From positions 28,091,145-28,155,144 of the forward strand of contig OZ316891.1 of the NCBI GenBank assembly GCA_973895155.1: a DNA stretch of 64,000 nucleotides. The letters are read 5' to 3'. Positions within the stretch are counted from its first letter, which is position 1. The number at the start of each line of letters is the position of its first letter. The translations under genes and the position numbers were made by a program. Positions 36,241-50,259 of the stretch are shown here, one piece after another. Source of the DNA: Marsupella aquatica. Taxonomy: Eukaryota; Plantae; Marchantiophyta. Under the pieces are notes generated by a model that worked only from the letters and a program-made list of their open reading frames with translations, was not told the DNA's origin and ran no database searches.

Positions 36241-39230
36241 CTGCTCAGTAGACTCATAATTTATACAGCATCTGTCATGGTTACTCTACATGGCCAATTG
36301 GAATCATCGAGTAATCATGGTTGGTTGTTCACCTCTATTACTTTGAATATTTTCTCTCTAGTATGCAAGCAAGTCCATACCAAAGTTGTCAGCTGGAAGG
36401 GCTCAAGGAGCTGTGAATTAAGACACAGTAGGTGTCTTCGGAGCCGTTGCTAGGATCTTCTGTTGCACACAATTGCGACCCCACTTTGCCACCTCTGCAG
36501 AATAAGCATGAGGTGATGACATGGGATCAATTGAGAGCCACAATTGAGAGCAATGGCTCTCACATCCTTGGATCTTGAGAGGTTGGAAGAAACCGGTGCT
36601 GAGCAAATCGATGAGGCATGTGGAAGAGGGCACCGATCTGAAAACCTGAGATCGGAGTCTTGCCTCTTGAAACATCTTGGTCTTCGCATTGAAGCAATTT
36701 TCCACGGACATGGTTAATCTACCCCACGAATGTTGCAGTGGGCTGAAACCATAGGAATTCGCTCTACTGTATTTTTGGTCGACAAAGAATAGAGTAGGAT
36801 TGTCCCGTTGTACAGTTCACTTTAGTGTAGTTTAGCTCGGGAGATGGGAGAAGGTCTGCTTTGCCGAAGAGATGGTCGTTTCCTTCCTAATGCAGAGGGA
36901 AGATAGCAATAAGTGAACCGTTTGAATCAAGCAGTGAGGAAGCTTGTCACATTTGCGTAATGTTATCGCTCTCTCATAGATGGAACGGAAGTTTACAAGA
37001 TGATGCCAGGAGAAGAGGCATAAGAGACTTCGTTCTTTTTTTCTCTACGAATCTAATAAACTTGGTTAGCTCGCGATCACGGAGCTTTACGGAAGGTTCA
37101 TTGCGATGATCCACTTTCGCCAATTGCTAAGCGCTGGTTGGTTTTAGTGTCCTACCTCTTGATACTTCAATCTCGTTCCTTGTTGCAAATTGTTAGCTTC
37201 TGTGCCAAAACGTGATCTTATGGGTTTAATCATTCTTCTCTTCTCTTCTCTTCTCTTCTCGTTTTTCTCGTGTGTTCTGGGGAGGGATCAGGGAGTGAGA
37301 CGACCATATTGCAATCCATCCACTCCCCTGGTAGACCCCATTGGACGCTGGACCACCGACCTGTAATATATTATTGGAATGGCGGGAAGTTTGTGTCCCC
37401 TTAAAGAACTATGAGCTTTCATTTAATTTAATTTCCTTTCTTGCAGGCAAAACTGTAAATGCCACATACTAGAATTGCAAATTCTGAAAGTTCACACGAA
37501 ATAGTTCATAAGCACACGCCGGTTTCTCTATCTGGTCATCTCTCTGAGAATCTGACCTGCATTAGAATTCGTGCCACTCCATGCCCGGGACTCCATGACT
37601 GCAATTTCTGTTTCAGACCACACAGTAACAAACTGACCCGCCTTCCTGACGAAAAGTCGTACAATAAATGGGTGCCCTCTGATGTTGGACTTCCTCATCA
37701 TCACGAGGTCTGCTTTTCAGAAACTCTCGGGATGGTCTCCTTCTTGCCAGACCAAACTTGTTTATACCGGTAAATTCCGTCTATGGGTCCCAAACTCTCA
37801 AAGCTTCGAATTCTACCATGTTACCTACAGTCTCCATCCTTTCGATCGGCTAATAACTCCTGTACACTAAAAGCACTGCTTTTTAGACCCAAAACTCATC
37901 AGCGTTCTCAGTGGATACCATTCTAAAGAGGACATTAGATGGTGGAGGTCCTGTAGATGTTTGGCAAGGAGCATCGCCTTCAGATAGATTTGTGAGAGCC
38001 TGATTATGGGGAGTTCATATCCGGCACAGGAACCATCATAACTTCTGTCAACACGCTTGTCTGCCATGATTATGTGTAAGAGCACCCTGCAGATTGGAAC
38101 TATCATAAAATTCTCCTACCGCGATTGTCTGCCACATGTGCTACAGCTGCTGTCAATCGAAAAACCTGCTGATCGAAACGAGTCTGCTCACAGACTCGAA
38201 GAGAGCTCCAGTCAGTCTCTGTCAATGTCTGCCTTTTGAAAAAACTCTATGGATGTTTGTCCTCTCTAGGCACAAAGCTTACTGACTCTTCAAATCTATC
38301 AGAGTGCTGTGGCTCCCCTGTTCCGATCAATTGCTACTTGCCAGCAACATCCATGTTTCCACTTTTATAAAAGGCATTCTATGATGCTTGCAAACATTAA
38401 TTTTTGACAGCCAGGAGAGCATGGTTAGCTAGACACTACCCTCCGGTGTTGTGCTAAAAGATGGGTGTGTTTAGGTCTCCATGAGATTTTTTATTTTTTT
38501 TCAAACACAGCTTCATTAACACAACCTCCGCACTACCCTCGGGCATTGTGTTTTAAATAATGACTGTGTGTTTGGGTTGGACACTCTGCTCGAGATTTGA
38601 CCCTAAACTGCATTACATTGAACACAAATAGTAAAAACTTCAAGAATAATATGACCATGCCAATATTCAAACATAATTTCAATATTTGAAACAATGCTCA
38701 TTTTCAAACACAACACCCTGCAAATATAAAAATTGAAAAAACATAGTCAAAACTCTAATACAATGCCCATGACACACTATTCAAATAGAACACCCCATGG
38801 CCCACTATTTGAACACAAAGTCATGACTTTGTGTTTGGGGGAAGACAGAAGTATATATTAATGTCTTCTTATTTCGGACCCCACTAGAGGTCCCTTCCAA
38901 AATTCCTGGCACCACAGCATGACACGTCAACAACAACCGCAACAAACAAGACTTGTCGGTTTTGTGAATCAAACTTGTAGTTTTCATTCGTGTTTGTGTC
39001 AATTTGGGTGTCAATTTTGGGACGCCGTGCCGTAAAAAGAAAAGTAAAAACATTGAAAATGCAAAGAGCAAGATGATAAAAACTATCACTATGTAACCGT
39101 TTTAGTTACATTTCCAATTTTAAAACTTAAATTCAAAGATTTATAAAAAGTATTTTTCATATAATAAATAATGACTAATAACTAACTTGATAACTTCCTT
39201 GTTAAACCGCAACTCCCGGTATGTAACGAC

Positions 39231-39530
39231 TGTTAAGGATTGCTCTTAGTCTTGTGACTCAAAGGTTACGGCACTTAGGTTAGTCGTGTGTGACCTTGTA
39301 TATACCAGGGCTAGTGTAAGCCGCTGGTGGTGTGGTGCTTACTCATTGTAACGGAGCAACTTGAGAAAGAGGGAGAGCATGTGTGTTTGTCTACTCTTGA
39401 AATAAAGCTTGAGTGTTCGTGTGGTCGTAGCCTTGGAGAAGAGGTGAACCACGTAGAGATTGTGTCGACTATGTGTGCATGGAATGAGTCATGGTTGTAT
39501 GGTCATTACGAATGACGTCTTAGTTCAACA
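39231..39530 (+). mobile_element. Solo LTR (300 bp), diverged relative of the 344-bp LTR family
   Basis: TGTTAAG...TTCAACA with a perfect ACGAC TSD. Shares TAGTCTTGTGACTCA, CTCATTGT..CGGAGC and GAGGTGAACCAC with the other LTRs. Confidence 0.88.
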
Positions 39531-41889
39531 ACGACCTCTTGTATTGTACGGCCATTAATGCTGGGAAGAGCACATAGAAACCCAGGATCAGGGAGGAGGA
39601 ATGGCTGGAATCTTGAAAGTTCATCAAATTTTATACTCAAAACTATTTACTCATTCTCAAAACAAAAAATACCCAGTCGTAGATCTCATTGAGATCTTTC
39701 TTTTGCACCCTAGATCGCCTTCTAACATGGATGAATAAGATTTCTAGAGGCATTACAAAATGGACGGCAAAGATCGTAAAATCAACAAAATCGATGGCTA
39801 GGAAGGCTTGGATTTGTTTAATTTTTCATTTGAAAAATATTAACCCATTTGCAAAACGGACAGAACCCATCCATAGATCTATTTGAGATCTTTCTTTTGA
39901 GCCATAGATTGGCCATTATGATGGACGGACGAGATTTCTGGAGATAAGAAATGGAGACGGCTCACATCGACTCTTCCCCCTGATTTTATTAGCCAAGGGG
40001 TCCACGAACTAATTTTTTGCTGACTTTTATATTTCTAGTGTATTTCTAATACTAATTAACTAGCCAAAAGAGGAATCCCCAAACTGGGTATTGCTAACCA
40101 GGTTTTGGCTAGCTAGGGACTAACTTTGCTACCTAGTGGATTTTTTGTTACTCATATTATGAAAAAATTACTGTTTGCTTGCAGGTAATTACCCCTTTTA
40201 CAATGACACTGCCCACCCTAGTCTTTGATCACGAACAATTATTTTCACTTGTTTCCAGACTTTCTGGGGTGGCCATTTTAATTTCCTCCAGGCTACATTT
40301 TTGGTATTCTGCTTGTACCTAGCCCAAACATGTGTTCTCTTGTACCTAGCCAAAACATGTGTTCTCTGCCTACTTCAACCAAAATACCATTTTCGTGCGG
40401 CATTTTGCCCCATAGAAAGTTTTGTAGGCTATCCTGTCTGGACGTTGATTTCCTTCACATTTCCCAAACCCCACCATTTCTGGAACTCTCATTTTTGTGA
40501 GAGACCCCAACTTTTTTATTTGTATTTTACTTTTGCATTTTCTTAATTACAGTAGCCCAAATGCCTGTGGGCGGGCTCCAGTATTGAGACTCCAATGTCA
40601 GTCCCTACTCAAAAGTATAGTCTAAATAAATAGCAAAAAATTGTGTTACCAGAGAAATATTGCTTATGGTTTCAATCTAAAATCCCAAATTACAGTATAA
40701 ATTGTCAGCATTAATGATTTTGGAAATTTGTGTCTAAAGATGGTATGAGAGATACTGCACTGGAGATACTACCTTGCCAACAAAATCCATCTTCCACTTG
40801 TACAAGACCATTGTCAGGATCAGGACTGACAGTTTTACCCTCCTCTGTTCCTCACTTGGGAGACTGCTAGTGAGTCGTGCTACTTCAAAATAAAGCTAAT
40901 TGCCACTATGTTATTCAAATTACACTAGCTCATTCAAGTGTCTTGCAGAAATGGATGTCGTGACAAAATTGCTGTACTCACAATAATTGTGGTTTGCAGA
41001 AATGTTGAAAGATTGCAAGTGATGTTGGGGATGGAAGGCACATGTCAATAGTAGAAAATACCGCAATTGTGCCCAGAGTAAGGACTAGGGTATGACTTTA
41101 TTACTACTCCAATCTGCAAATAGTCATTCGTATGACACCAAGTCAAAAGTTTGCCGCTCAACCAAAGTGGTCACTAAATGACTCCAAAGGAAGTCACTAC
41201 CAGTTAAGTCATTAGAGACTACCAAAGTGATGAATATGGACTATAATGTCATACCTCTTCTTTGTCATGTACATGTGTGAACTAGTTGTAATTATAGACT
41301 AGCAATGTAATAAAGATTGACTACAAAAGTCAGACCTCTTCTTTGTCATGGACGTGTGTGGTTTAATCATTTATTATTTTGCATCAGTGAGACCATGCAG
41401 CAAGCGCTACCATGGAAATATCACCCACTTCCAAATTCACGTATTAAGCTGATCACTCTTGTGGAAATTCCTATTTGCAAACTTCACTGACTATGGAAAG
41501 AGTGAATGGCTTTTGGTAAGCGAGTACTACAAGTAGAATACAGAAGGATGACCCTGGGATGGAAATAGGGAATGAGAGATATTCAAACTGTAGTTTATAC
41601 GGTCATATTTCCCTTCTTAAGATTCATATAATTGAGAAGAGGAGTAGGAAGTCCTGGCGTGCCAGTTCCATGGCTCACCGGTGGTGCCCGCGGCGGTGCC
41701 ATTGTCACCGTCCATGGACGATGGGCCATAACTCAAGATACATAAGTGATCTCAATGAGCTAGCGGGTGCATTGCATTACAAACAACAATGACTACCAAG
41801 GGGAGCCAGTCTGTAGCTGAACTCCAGGTCAGGGTCAATGAACTACATTTGGGGTCCCTCTATTTTTGGCTTAGAGAAAGAATGGGATC

Positions 41890-42233
41890 TGTTAGATATT
41901 GTTCTAGTCTTGTGACTCATGAGCTAACCACAGTTAGTCTAACTCGGGTTAGGACTTAGCTAATGTTAGCGGTAGTGTTGTTGTGCATATAGCCAGGGCT
42001 GATGCTAGACCTTGGTGGAACTTAGGCTCATTGTTACGGAGCTAGTTGAGAGATAGGGAGAGCTTGTGCTGTGGATGCTTGGTATGTCCTTTCGACCTAG
42101 AGTGCAGTAAAGCTCTTGTGTGTTCTCGTTGACGTAGCCTCATGTGGAGGTGAACCACATATCTCTCTGTGTCGACTCTTGTGCGTTGGATGGTTCATGG
42201 GCTTGCCATTGCGAATGTCGTCTATGCTCAACA
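41890..42233 (+). mobile_element. Copia solo LTR (344 bp)
   Basis: TGTTAG...CTCAACA with a perfect GGATC TSD. Closely similar to 1298-1629. Confidence 0.95.
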
Positions 42234-43912
42234 GGATCCAAGTATTGAAGTTGGTATTTAAACTTAATAATGAATCTTTGGCGTGCTGCCATTGATCAAA
42301 TTGAAAGTTAAACACAATAGTAAAATTGGATACAACAAGTTTTTTTTGTGGAAAGCTGATTTTGGGCACAAGTTGTGGATTGGTCATTTTTGTGCTTCAC
42401 TGGATTTTTGCTTACAGATAATGTCATTTTGGAAAATTTAATTTCTAGATAGTTACGTGTTTTGTAACCACAAATTTAAGCATTTAACTAGACATTAACC
42501 CTAAATTTTGAAGTCTATGTTGGATTGGATTTCAGATTATTTGGCAACTTCATGTTCTGAGAGAATTTAAGGTGACTTTTGACAGTTTTTGCAACATCAA
42601 AACACACTTCTTGTTTGCTGGTTGCACTTCTAGTTTGGTTCATTGTTGTGTTCACTTGTTCCTGCAAACAATATTAAGAACTCACATTAAAACTGAAAAG
42701 TAAATACTATTGATGTCTTTAAACTATCTCCTCTAAAAAATACCTCTAATTGGAAATCAAGATATTCACAGAATTTTCTTTAAGAAAGAGGGGTATTGGA
42801 AAAATATCAAGTTCAAATGCAGCATCTCAAAATGTAAGCCAATCTAACCTCCCAAGGTCTAAGCTGAAAGATTAGGTCTATTTCATCTGATCCGTGTCAC
42901 TAGTTCATACATGAAACTAGGTTGAGGCACAAAACAAGAAGTTCCAGACTCAAGTTGCACTTGATATTGCAACCTTGCCTGACTCACATCCCAACTTCTA
43001 GCGGTCATTTTAGAGCTTGACTTATAGTATGGTTTAAAGAGAAGTACACATGCACTTGTCCTGTGGCAGTTCACCTTAAGCAATTTCATAATTGGTAGTC
43101 CCCATTTATAATGTTTCCACCCACCTTACCTTGTGACAAGTACATGATCAAGTTTTATTCCACAATGAAAAAACTCTAAAGGAATAGCTATTAATGCGGT
43201 TATGGCTTAGACTTGAGGCTTGTTGTTCAGGTTTAATTAGACTTCCAAGCACAAATACTGACACTATGGATGAGTTTGCAAGTTACTACCTTGGAGACTG
43301 ATTAGACCATTGTGCTGAGTCCTGACCAACTAGGGTATATAGCATTTGAAACAAGTTTTAGGTCTAACATAGCAGGGAACATTCCACTCATCTTATATAT
43401 GCGGACTGGCAGTTTACATAGTTCCACCCACAAGCAGAAAGTTTCTAATTTCAGTGCTTTCTTTAGAAGAACTTTCACTGCAGACGAGCTCTAAATGTTT
43501 AGGGTAAAAGCCCTGTGAGCAGGCCCTATTACCAAATAAAGCCTCAAGGAGCGGCAGATGAGGGCGGCTCACTTATCACAATTGTCAGAATTAGGACCAC
43601 CCCAATTTGCTGCTTTATATTATTCCAATTTATCTTCATTCTCCAATTTCATTCTATCCAATTTTGAGGTAATTGGAGTTGAGAGAAGGGCTTTGGCATC
43701 AATGTGCTGTTTAATTTGGAAGATGCCAAACTCCTCAGGTATAAGGAAACTTTAAGCGCAACAGTTTCCTAATGTAAATTTTTATTTTCTGTTAAAAATG
43801 ACGTAGAAGGCATTCTGGAACTATGAAGGTCCTAGAAAACCTTTCTTAAAACACACCTGCCCATATAATAGCCCCATTACCTCTCACAGCACTCTTCTGG
43901 TGAACAATGTCT

Positions 43913-44430
43913 CACCATAAAAAGGTGGAACACTCACCACCATTTTGTGGGGCTCAAATCCATTCTTGGTAAATGGTGTTTCACCATAAAAGGTGGAGCA
44001 CTCACCACCTTCACTCAAAACCATTCTTGTCACCATAAAAAGGTGGAACACTCACCACCATTTTGTGGGGCTCAAATCCATTCTTGGTAAATGGTGTTTC
44101 ACCATAAAAGGTGGAGCACTCACCACCTTCACTCAAAACCATTCTTGAACCTGTGCATTCTATAATGAGAGCTAGGTGGAGCACTCACCATCTTCACTCA
44201 AATCCATTCCTGAACTTGTGCACTTTGTAATGAGAGCTACCGACCCATAGGACTTTATAGGTGCAATTATGGTTTAGAGGGAGATTGTATCAAAGTAGAG
44301 CCTATGCTATATACAAGTAGCATTTATAGGTGCAATTGTGGTTTAGAGCCTATCCTATATACAATAGCAGTTACAGGTGCAATTGTGATTTAGAGGGAGA
44401 TTGTATCAAAGTAAGCCTATCCTACATACA
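43913..44430 (+). repeat. Nested tandem duplications (117-bp duplicate plus shorter subrepeats)
   Basis: TCACCATAAAAAGGTGGAACACTCACC...ACCATTCTTG at 43913 and 44030. AGGTGCAATT.TG.TTTAGAG occurs three times in 44259-44400. Confidence 0.85.
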
Positions 44431-45630
44431 AATAGAACTGCGAAGACCTTAAATGCTCTGAGCACTTCCATAATCTTATACTTTCTATTTTCACTCTGTG
44501 GTTTAGAAGTGTTATAACTTATAATTGCTGTCGTTGGATTTAGAAGGTCTCCACAATGGTTTGATGAAAATGGGGATGAAAACGTTTTCTGGTGATCTTG
44601 TTGTCTACTCATGTTCCAAACCATGAGTGCGATTTCCGGTTTTGCTTACGACCTTTGCTTTGAGGATTGCGAGACCTCGAAGCCTCTTTTGCTTTCCTTT
44701 GCCAAGTCGTTAGTTCTTCCCCAAAATCCTCGTTGCAGTGGCTGAGAATGGATTATTTCAGAAAGAACAGCTTTCCAAATGGAGCATTCTAGGCATTCTG
44801 TTACATGAAGTACAGAAAATGAAAAGAATCTTGGAAGGATTTGAGTCATGGCAATCTTCTCGTCTTCACGGATGAGAGCTTTTCCGGGTGACAACAACTG
44901 TCATGTGGTAGCGCGGAGTATTAATCGACAAGGCTTAACAGACACGGCCTGCATGACGCTCAGAATTGGACAACGCCGTTCGGATGGTCCACTCTTGCAT
45001 AAGCGACAACTTCTAAACAGGCAGGCAATAAATTACAAAGAAATTGATTCAAGCGTCACATGTTGAACAGTGGAAGTAGTACATTTTTGCTGTTTCCGGG
45101 ACCGAAATTGATTTAACCCTATGACGGATCTTTCTTGGAACATGCATTGTGAAAAGAGAGCTCAATCTATCCAGACTCTAATTGCTTTTCAACTGGCAGT
45201 GGACATCATATCATAATTTTCAAATCTCCAATAATGGCAGGGTAACAAGTAGTTTAACAAGAAGCTCGTCATAGTATTGCAACTCGAAACTGTATCTTGA
45301 GTTCTACTATAAAACCGGCTCCATTGACCAGAGAGGAACCAGCCATATTCATCAAGTACTACTCAAATACATGAGCACATCTAAAAACCAACCCAGGATA
45401 CCTGGGCGATGCAGAAAAAACCTTCAAGGTCGTACATCTGAAGCAGAAGTGTGGGGCAGCAATGGTCCCACGAAAACCAGTAGCTGGAAAAAAACACTAT
45501 CGCTCGGACACATACGAGAAGAACAAGTCTGTCGATGACTTAAACAAAAGACAGCACCTGCAAAAACAGAAAGTACTCGAATCTGATGTCTGGGCTACTC
45601 GCACCCTCTCCATTAACTGTGGGCGTTACG

Positions 45631-48600
45631 TTAAGATAGGGGCAAGTCGGGTGGAAGCCTGCACGACTGCCAGCCTGCAATTCTGCAAAGTTTCTTCATT
45701 AGAGCATCTCCAGAAGGCTCGAGAGTCCAATGTGGGTAGAAAGACTCCGGTTTGAACACCTCTTGTGGGTTTCTTGGGACCCCTTGGGCACCTTTCAAGA
45801 AAGAATCGCCTTCTGACCGTATACAGCCCGTCGCTGGTACATCTCTGTCCGCGGCCTACAAGTCCAAAGCAGGATTCATTGGATCGATCAAAGACGTAAA
45901 TTGCGCTCACTAAACCACATCGCATAATTCTTTTGCCATGAAATGTTCGGTCGATAGGGTAAGGCAAGACGCCTTCAGAACAGTGCACGCTGAACTAAAT
46001 TCTCGGGTAAAGCTGTAGCGATATCATAGGATAATAATACAGATTGCAAAATCTAGATACTGTCCGTGAGAATCAGACATTTGATTGCAATTTAGAGGCT
46101 GAGAAAGATATCGTTATCTACCTTTTCAGTGTAGTACTCGAAGGCTGTTTTATTTGCTCCAGCCTCATAAATATTGCACTGTGAGAGAATCTGAGGAAGA
46201 GAGTCAATCGCTTAGGTTTCATCAATAGAGCTCATGTCAACCAACCTTGGCGTCAAAAAGCCACGGTTTGACGATCAAAATCATGATTTGTAGAGTAGTC
46301 ACTGATGGCTCACAAACGAACGATTATAACTAAATGCGCCAGGAGGCAAGAGAGAACAACAACGAGGGACAATTGCCTTCCCTGCCTCTCCGCAGTTCCT
46401 TCGTTTGGCCATTCTAGGCAACTATCCTACCAAGAAATGCCAGAGAAGACAATACTCATCCACCCATTCATTGACAGCTAGAAGCAAACGAAGCCCGTGG
46501 CAGAGCTAGTCAAAAATCAGACGATGCCGAACTCGCCGAGAATTCTGACGGCTTATCAATGGAGACGGGCAGGTTTCACGATAGATACCTGGGCCTCAAC
46601 GCTGGCACACACTGCATACAAACCCCAGTTGCGAGTGTAGTTGTTATAAAGGTGAACTTTGCCAAACCGAACTCGGGGATGACGCTGGCGGCAGGCGTCG
46701 AAAAGACAGTGATGAATTGTCACACGAATAATGCGGTCTTCGACGTGGTTTGGGTCTGCTCCGATCAGCATAGTCTTGTTATGTTTCAGGAAATGACACC
46801 TGCAGCAGCCGGCACACATGCGCGAATACCACGGAGATGCATGGAGTCAAACACAGATTTACAATGTCACCACCATTTGGTACTTGTAGGCGGACCAAAA
46901 CATAAAAAGAATTAATTCAGTGCAATATCTGGGGCTGCGAAGAAACCCGGAAACCAAAGATTCCAAGTCTCTACGGATTAAGCATTTGCTTTTGGAGGAC
47001 AATAGAACAGCAACGTGGTGTTGGAAGCATCTAGGTACTTTGAAACCACTGCCACAGAACCTTCCTCAGCTGGAACGGCAGATTTCAACCTTGAAATGGT
47101 GATATCAGTGCATTTACGAGTGATGTCGATGAGCCCGTCATCAAAGTCTTGTAAAGTGCACCGATCGACCCATATGTGCTTGCTGTTAGGCTTCATCTGA
47201 ATGCCATCCACATCATGTCCTCTCCCTCCTTCAAATTCGAGATTGCAGATGATCACGTGTTCACAATCTTTCAGCTGAACTCCCTTACCCATAAGTTTCA
47301 CTCGCTGACCACGTCCATCGATGGTCTTGTAAGATGAGACTCTGAGGTATGTTTGCAACTCAATGATTCCAGATACGTCAAAGACAATCCAAAGGGGATC
47401 CTTCCGTTTGCAAGCCTCACGGAGGCTGCCCGGTCCCTCATCTGCAACCATTGATCACAACCAAACTACCGATTCATGACGGGTCACCTCGGGAATCTTT
47501 AACCATAGTCTTAACAATATGTGTGGCGAGGATGTTGCTTCTTTAGATGTACTTCCCGATCCGTCAACTGAACTGAACTGCACTGCACAGCTGCCATTTT
47601 CCCGACCAGCACAGACTACTTTTTCGGAATCTGAATCGAAATTTGCACTTTTCACGGAAATATCCAAATACACATCTGGTCCTGAGCCATCTACAACGTC
47701 ATCCTCAGTGTCACATTCAACTGACCGCAGAATTGCCTTTCAAATGCTTGCCTTACCCCAGTCGGACATACCAATCCAGCCCTCAGGACGAAAGAGTCTG
47801 AGAAGATAAGACCCTCGCAGAATCGGATAGAGGATGAGACAAACTGGAAGATCAGCAACTTCCCAACTAACGCTGCAACTGAACTCAAACTTGTTTCAAC
47901 TAAAGCTGTAGCTGGATTCAAACACTGCTGAGCCATCTACAACATCATCCACAGGTGCCACATTCAACCGACCTCAGATTTGCCTTACCCCAGCCGGATA
48001 TACCAACCAGCCCCTCGAGATGAGAGAGTCTGTAAGTATGATTATAAAAAACCGTCTTAGAGATTGAGAGAACTGAAAGATCAGCAACTTCTCAATTAAG
48101 GCTGTAACTGGATTTAAATTTGCTTCAAGTGAAGCTTTTACTGGACTCAAGCTATGCTGAGCCATCTCCAACTTCATCCACAGTTGCCACATTCAACTGA
48201 CCTCAAGAATTGCCTCTGGGTAATTGCCTTGCCACATTCAACTGACCTCGAGAACTGCCTTTCGGATAATTGCCTTACCCCAGTTGGATACACCAATCCA
48301 CCTTCTTGAGAGGAGAGAGTCTGTGTATATGGTTGTACAAGACCCTCGAAGACATCGGAAAGAGATTGAGATAACTGAAAGATCAGCAACTTCTCAATAA
48401 CGCTGTAAGTTAACTTAATCTTGTTTCAACTACTGCTGTCAGTGGATTTAAGCTATGCTGGCCCACTACAACTACATCCTCAGTTGTCACATCCAAGTAA
48501 CCTCAGAATTGCCTTTCAGATGATTGCCTTACCATAGTTCGAGATACCAATCCAGCCACTTGAGATGAGAGAGTCTGTAATAAAATACCCTCGTACATAT

Positions 48601-49226
48601 GGGATAGAGATTGAGTTCAACAGAAAGATCAGCAACTTCTCAATTACCGCTGTAGCTGGATTCAAACTTGTTTCGTTTAACGTTGTAACTGAATTCCAAC
48701 TTGCTTCACTTAACGCTGTAACTGGATTCCAACTTGCTTCAATTAACGTTGTAACTTGATCCAGACTATGCAATCGTTGAATATTTCCTCGGCACACCTT
48801 AAGTTGCTGTGTTTTCGAGCCATACCGCAAAGGTCCTTTCCAGCTTTATATTGTGGTGATTGGAGGAGAATGTTTGTCTCCCAAGAAGAATGTGGGCTCG
48901 AACTCATCAATGAGCTATGTGTTCATATGGATCACTCACCTCCTATAAGGGAAGTTAGCTGTAAGTCGGGTAGAACTACCGTATTTGGTAAGGTAAGGAC
49001 GGAACGTACCAGCAAGAGAGGTGACGTGGTGTATTGCACCATTAAGACCTCCAATGGCAGCCTGACCAAATCCCTCGGCGGAGCTGGTCAGCGCCCTGAG
49101 GCACCGATCTACATCGCCGTATGGTGGATCCGTCATGGCCCACTCCGGCGGCTGCTGCTCAGCCGCAGTGGGAACAGGCGCAGGAGGCGATCTAGGCCGC
49201 CTTCCTGGACAACACCAACTGAGCAT
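45631..49226 (-). CDS. Pectate lyase-like protein (PL1), 5 coding exons
   Basis: Exons 49226-49010, 47441-47090, 46799-46589, 46190-46122 and 45855-45631 join in frame with GT-AG junctions. Motifs AEGFG..GG, DEGPGSLR, KTIDGRG, HIWVDRC, DGLIDI and QRHPRVRFGKVHLYNN. Start codon uncertain. Confidence 0.93.
47683..48770 (+). repeat. Tandem array of four ~230-300-bp units in pectate lyase intron 1
   Basis: Units start at ~47683, 47929, 48158 and 48459. Each has CACAT.CAA, TTGCCTTACC, GAGTCTG and AAGATCAGCAACTTC. Confidence 0.9.
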
Positions 49227-50259
49227 GTTCGACACACGCACAGACATACAGACACGAGACGTTACAGCCTCCGCAAATGCATCATCATTCCTCCCAACCA
49301 CCTTCTCCTCCACACATTACGACCACCCGCTTGCCACAGCAGTAGCTCAATTCCCCAACAGTAACACATTTACATCGACGACGACGACATCCACGCTAGA
49401 CATTCCCAGCAGCCCACACAATAAGGAGCCTCACTAAAGACGATCACTCCTATATAGCAACTGACCGCACTCCCCCCTTTCAACCAATCTTAAGTGCAGA
49501 CGCCGCCGTTAGAGATTCATGAGACTGTTCCGTGTAGTGACGCAGTACCACATATCCTGGTGTAACAATGCAGCATGGGCAAATGTACAGCCGGAAACTA
49601 GGAGACACACATACTACAGAACTGGAAACAACAACAGCAGGGCAGCAACAGCAACAGCAACAACAGACAGAAGACCAAACGTGCCCTCAAAAGAAAATGA
49701 CTACGATGCCAAATTCGCGCTCTACAATCGAGGACTCAAATCTCATGCCCCCGAGGCCCACGCCTCCATCAGCCAAAAATCAAAAAATGTCTACGGCGCC
49801 GAATTCGCGCTCGAAAACTCACACAGGAGGGGACTCCATGCTGAGGGCAGGGCAGTGCGGCCTGAGCCTGAATCACATCCATCCAACGCAATGCATGGCA
49901 GCAACAGCAACAAATGAATCCACACCACCGCAGCAGGAAGCAAGACGCACAGCGCCAAAATCGGGAAGCGACATCCCAATGCTGGAAAGACGCAATGCGG
50001 TCCCACTGGCGTTTCAGAAAAAAAAACGGGGAGTGAGTGAGTGAGGTCGCAGTCGTGTAGACAAGAAATATCAAGACTTACAGCTCCGCCTCAAAACAAA
50101 ATGCCGCCTCGCTTTCGGATTGATGGGCTCGATTGACGGATTGTCTGCCTGCGTGCCTCGAATCGGCAGCTCGTTCTTCGCTTTCTCACCCTCTCGCTCG
50201 AGCTGCCTCCATCGTTTCTCGGCACCTCGTCCTCGAGCAGTCGACCCCGTCGAGGTGGA

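Noticed and set aside
36400-38400. Additional gene between the 34657 ORF and the 39231 LTR
   Set aside because: A good acceptor at 37446 and several short ORFs, but no recognisable domain or consistent exon chain.
38540-38820. AT-rich segment similar to 53750-54020
   Set aside because: Probably a real dispersed repeat, but no termini could be defined, so it was left unclassified.
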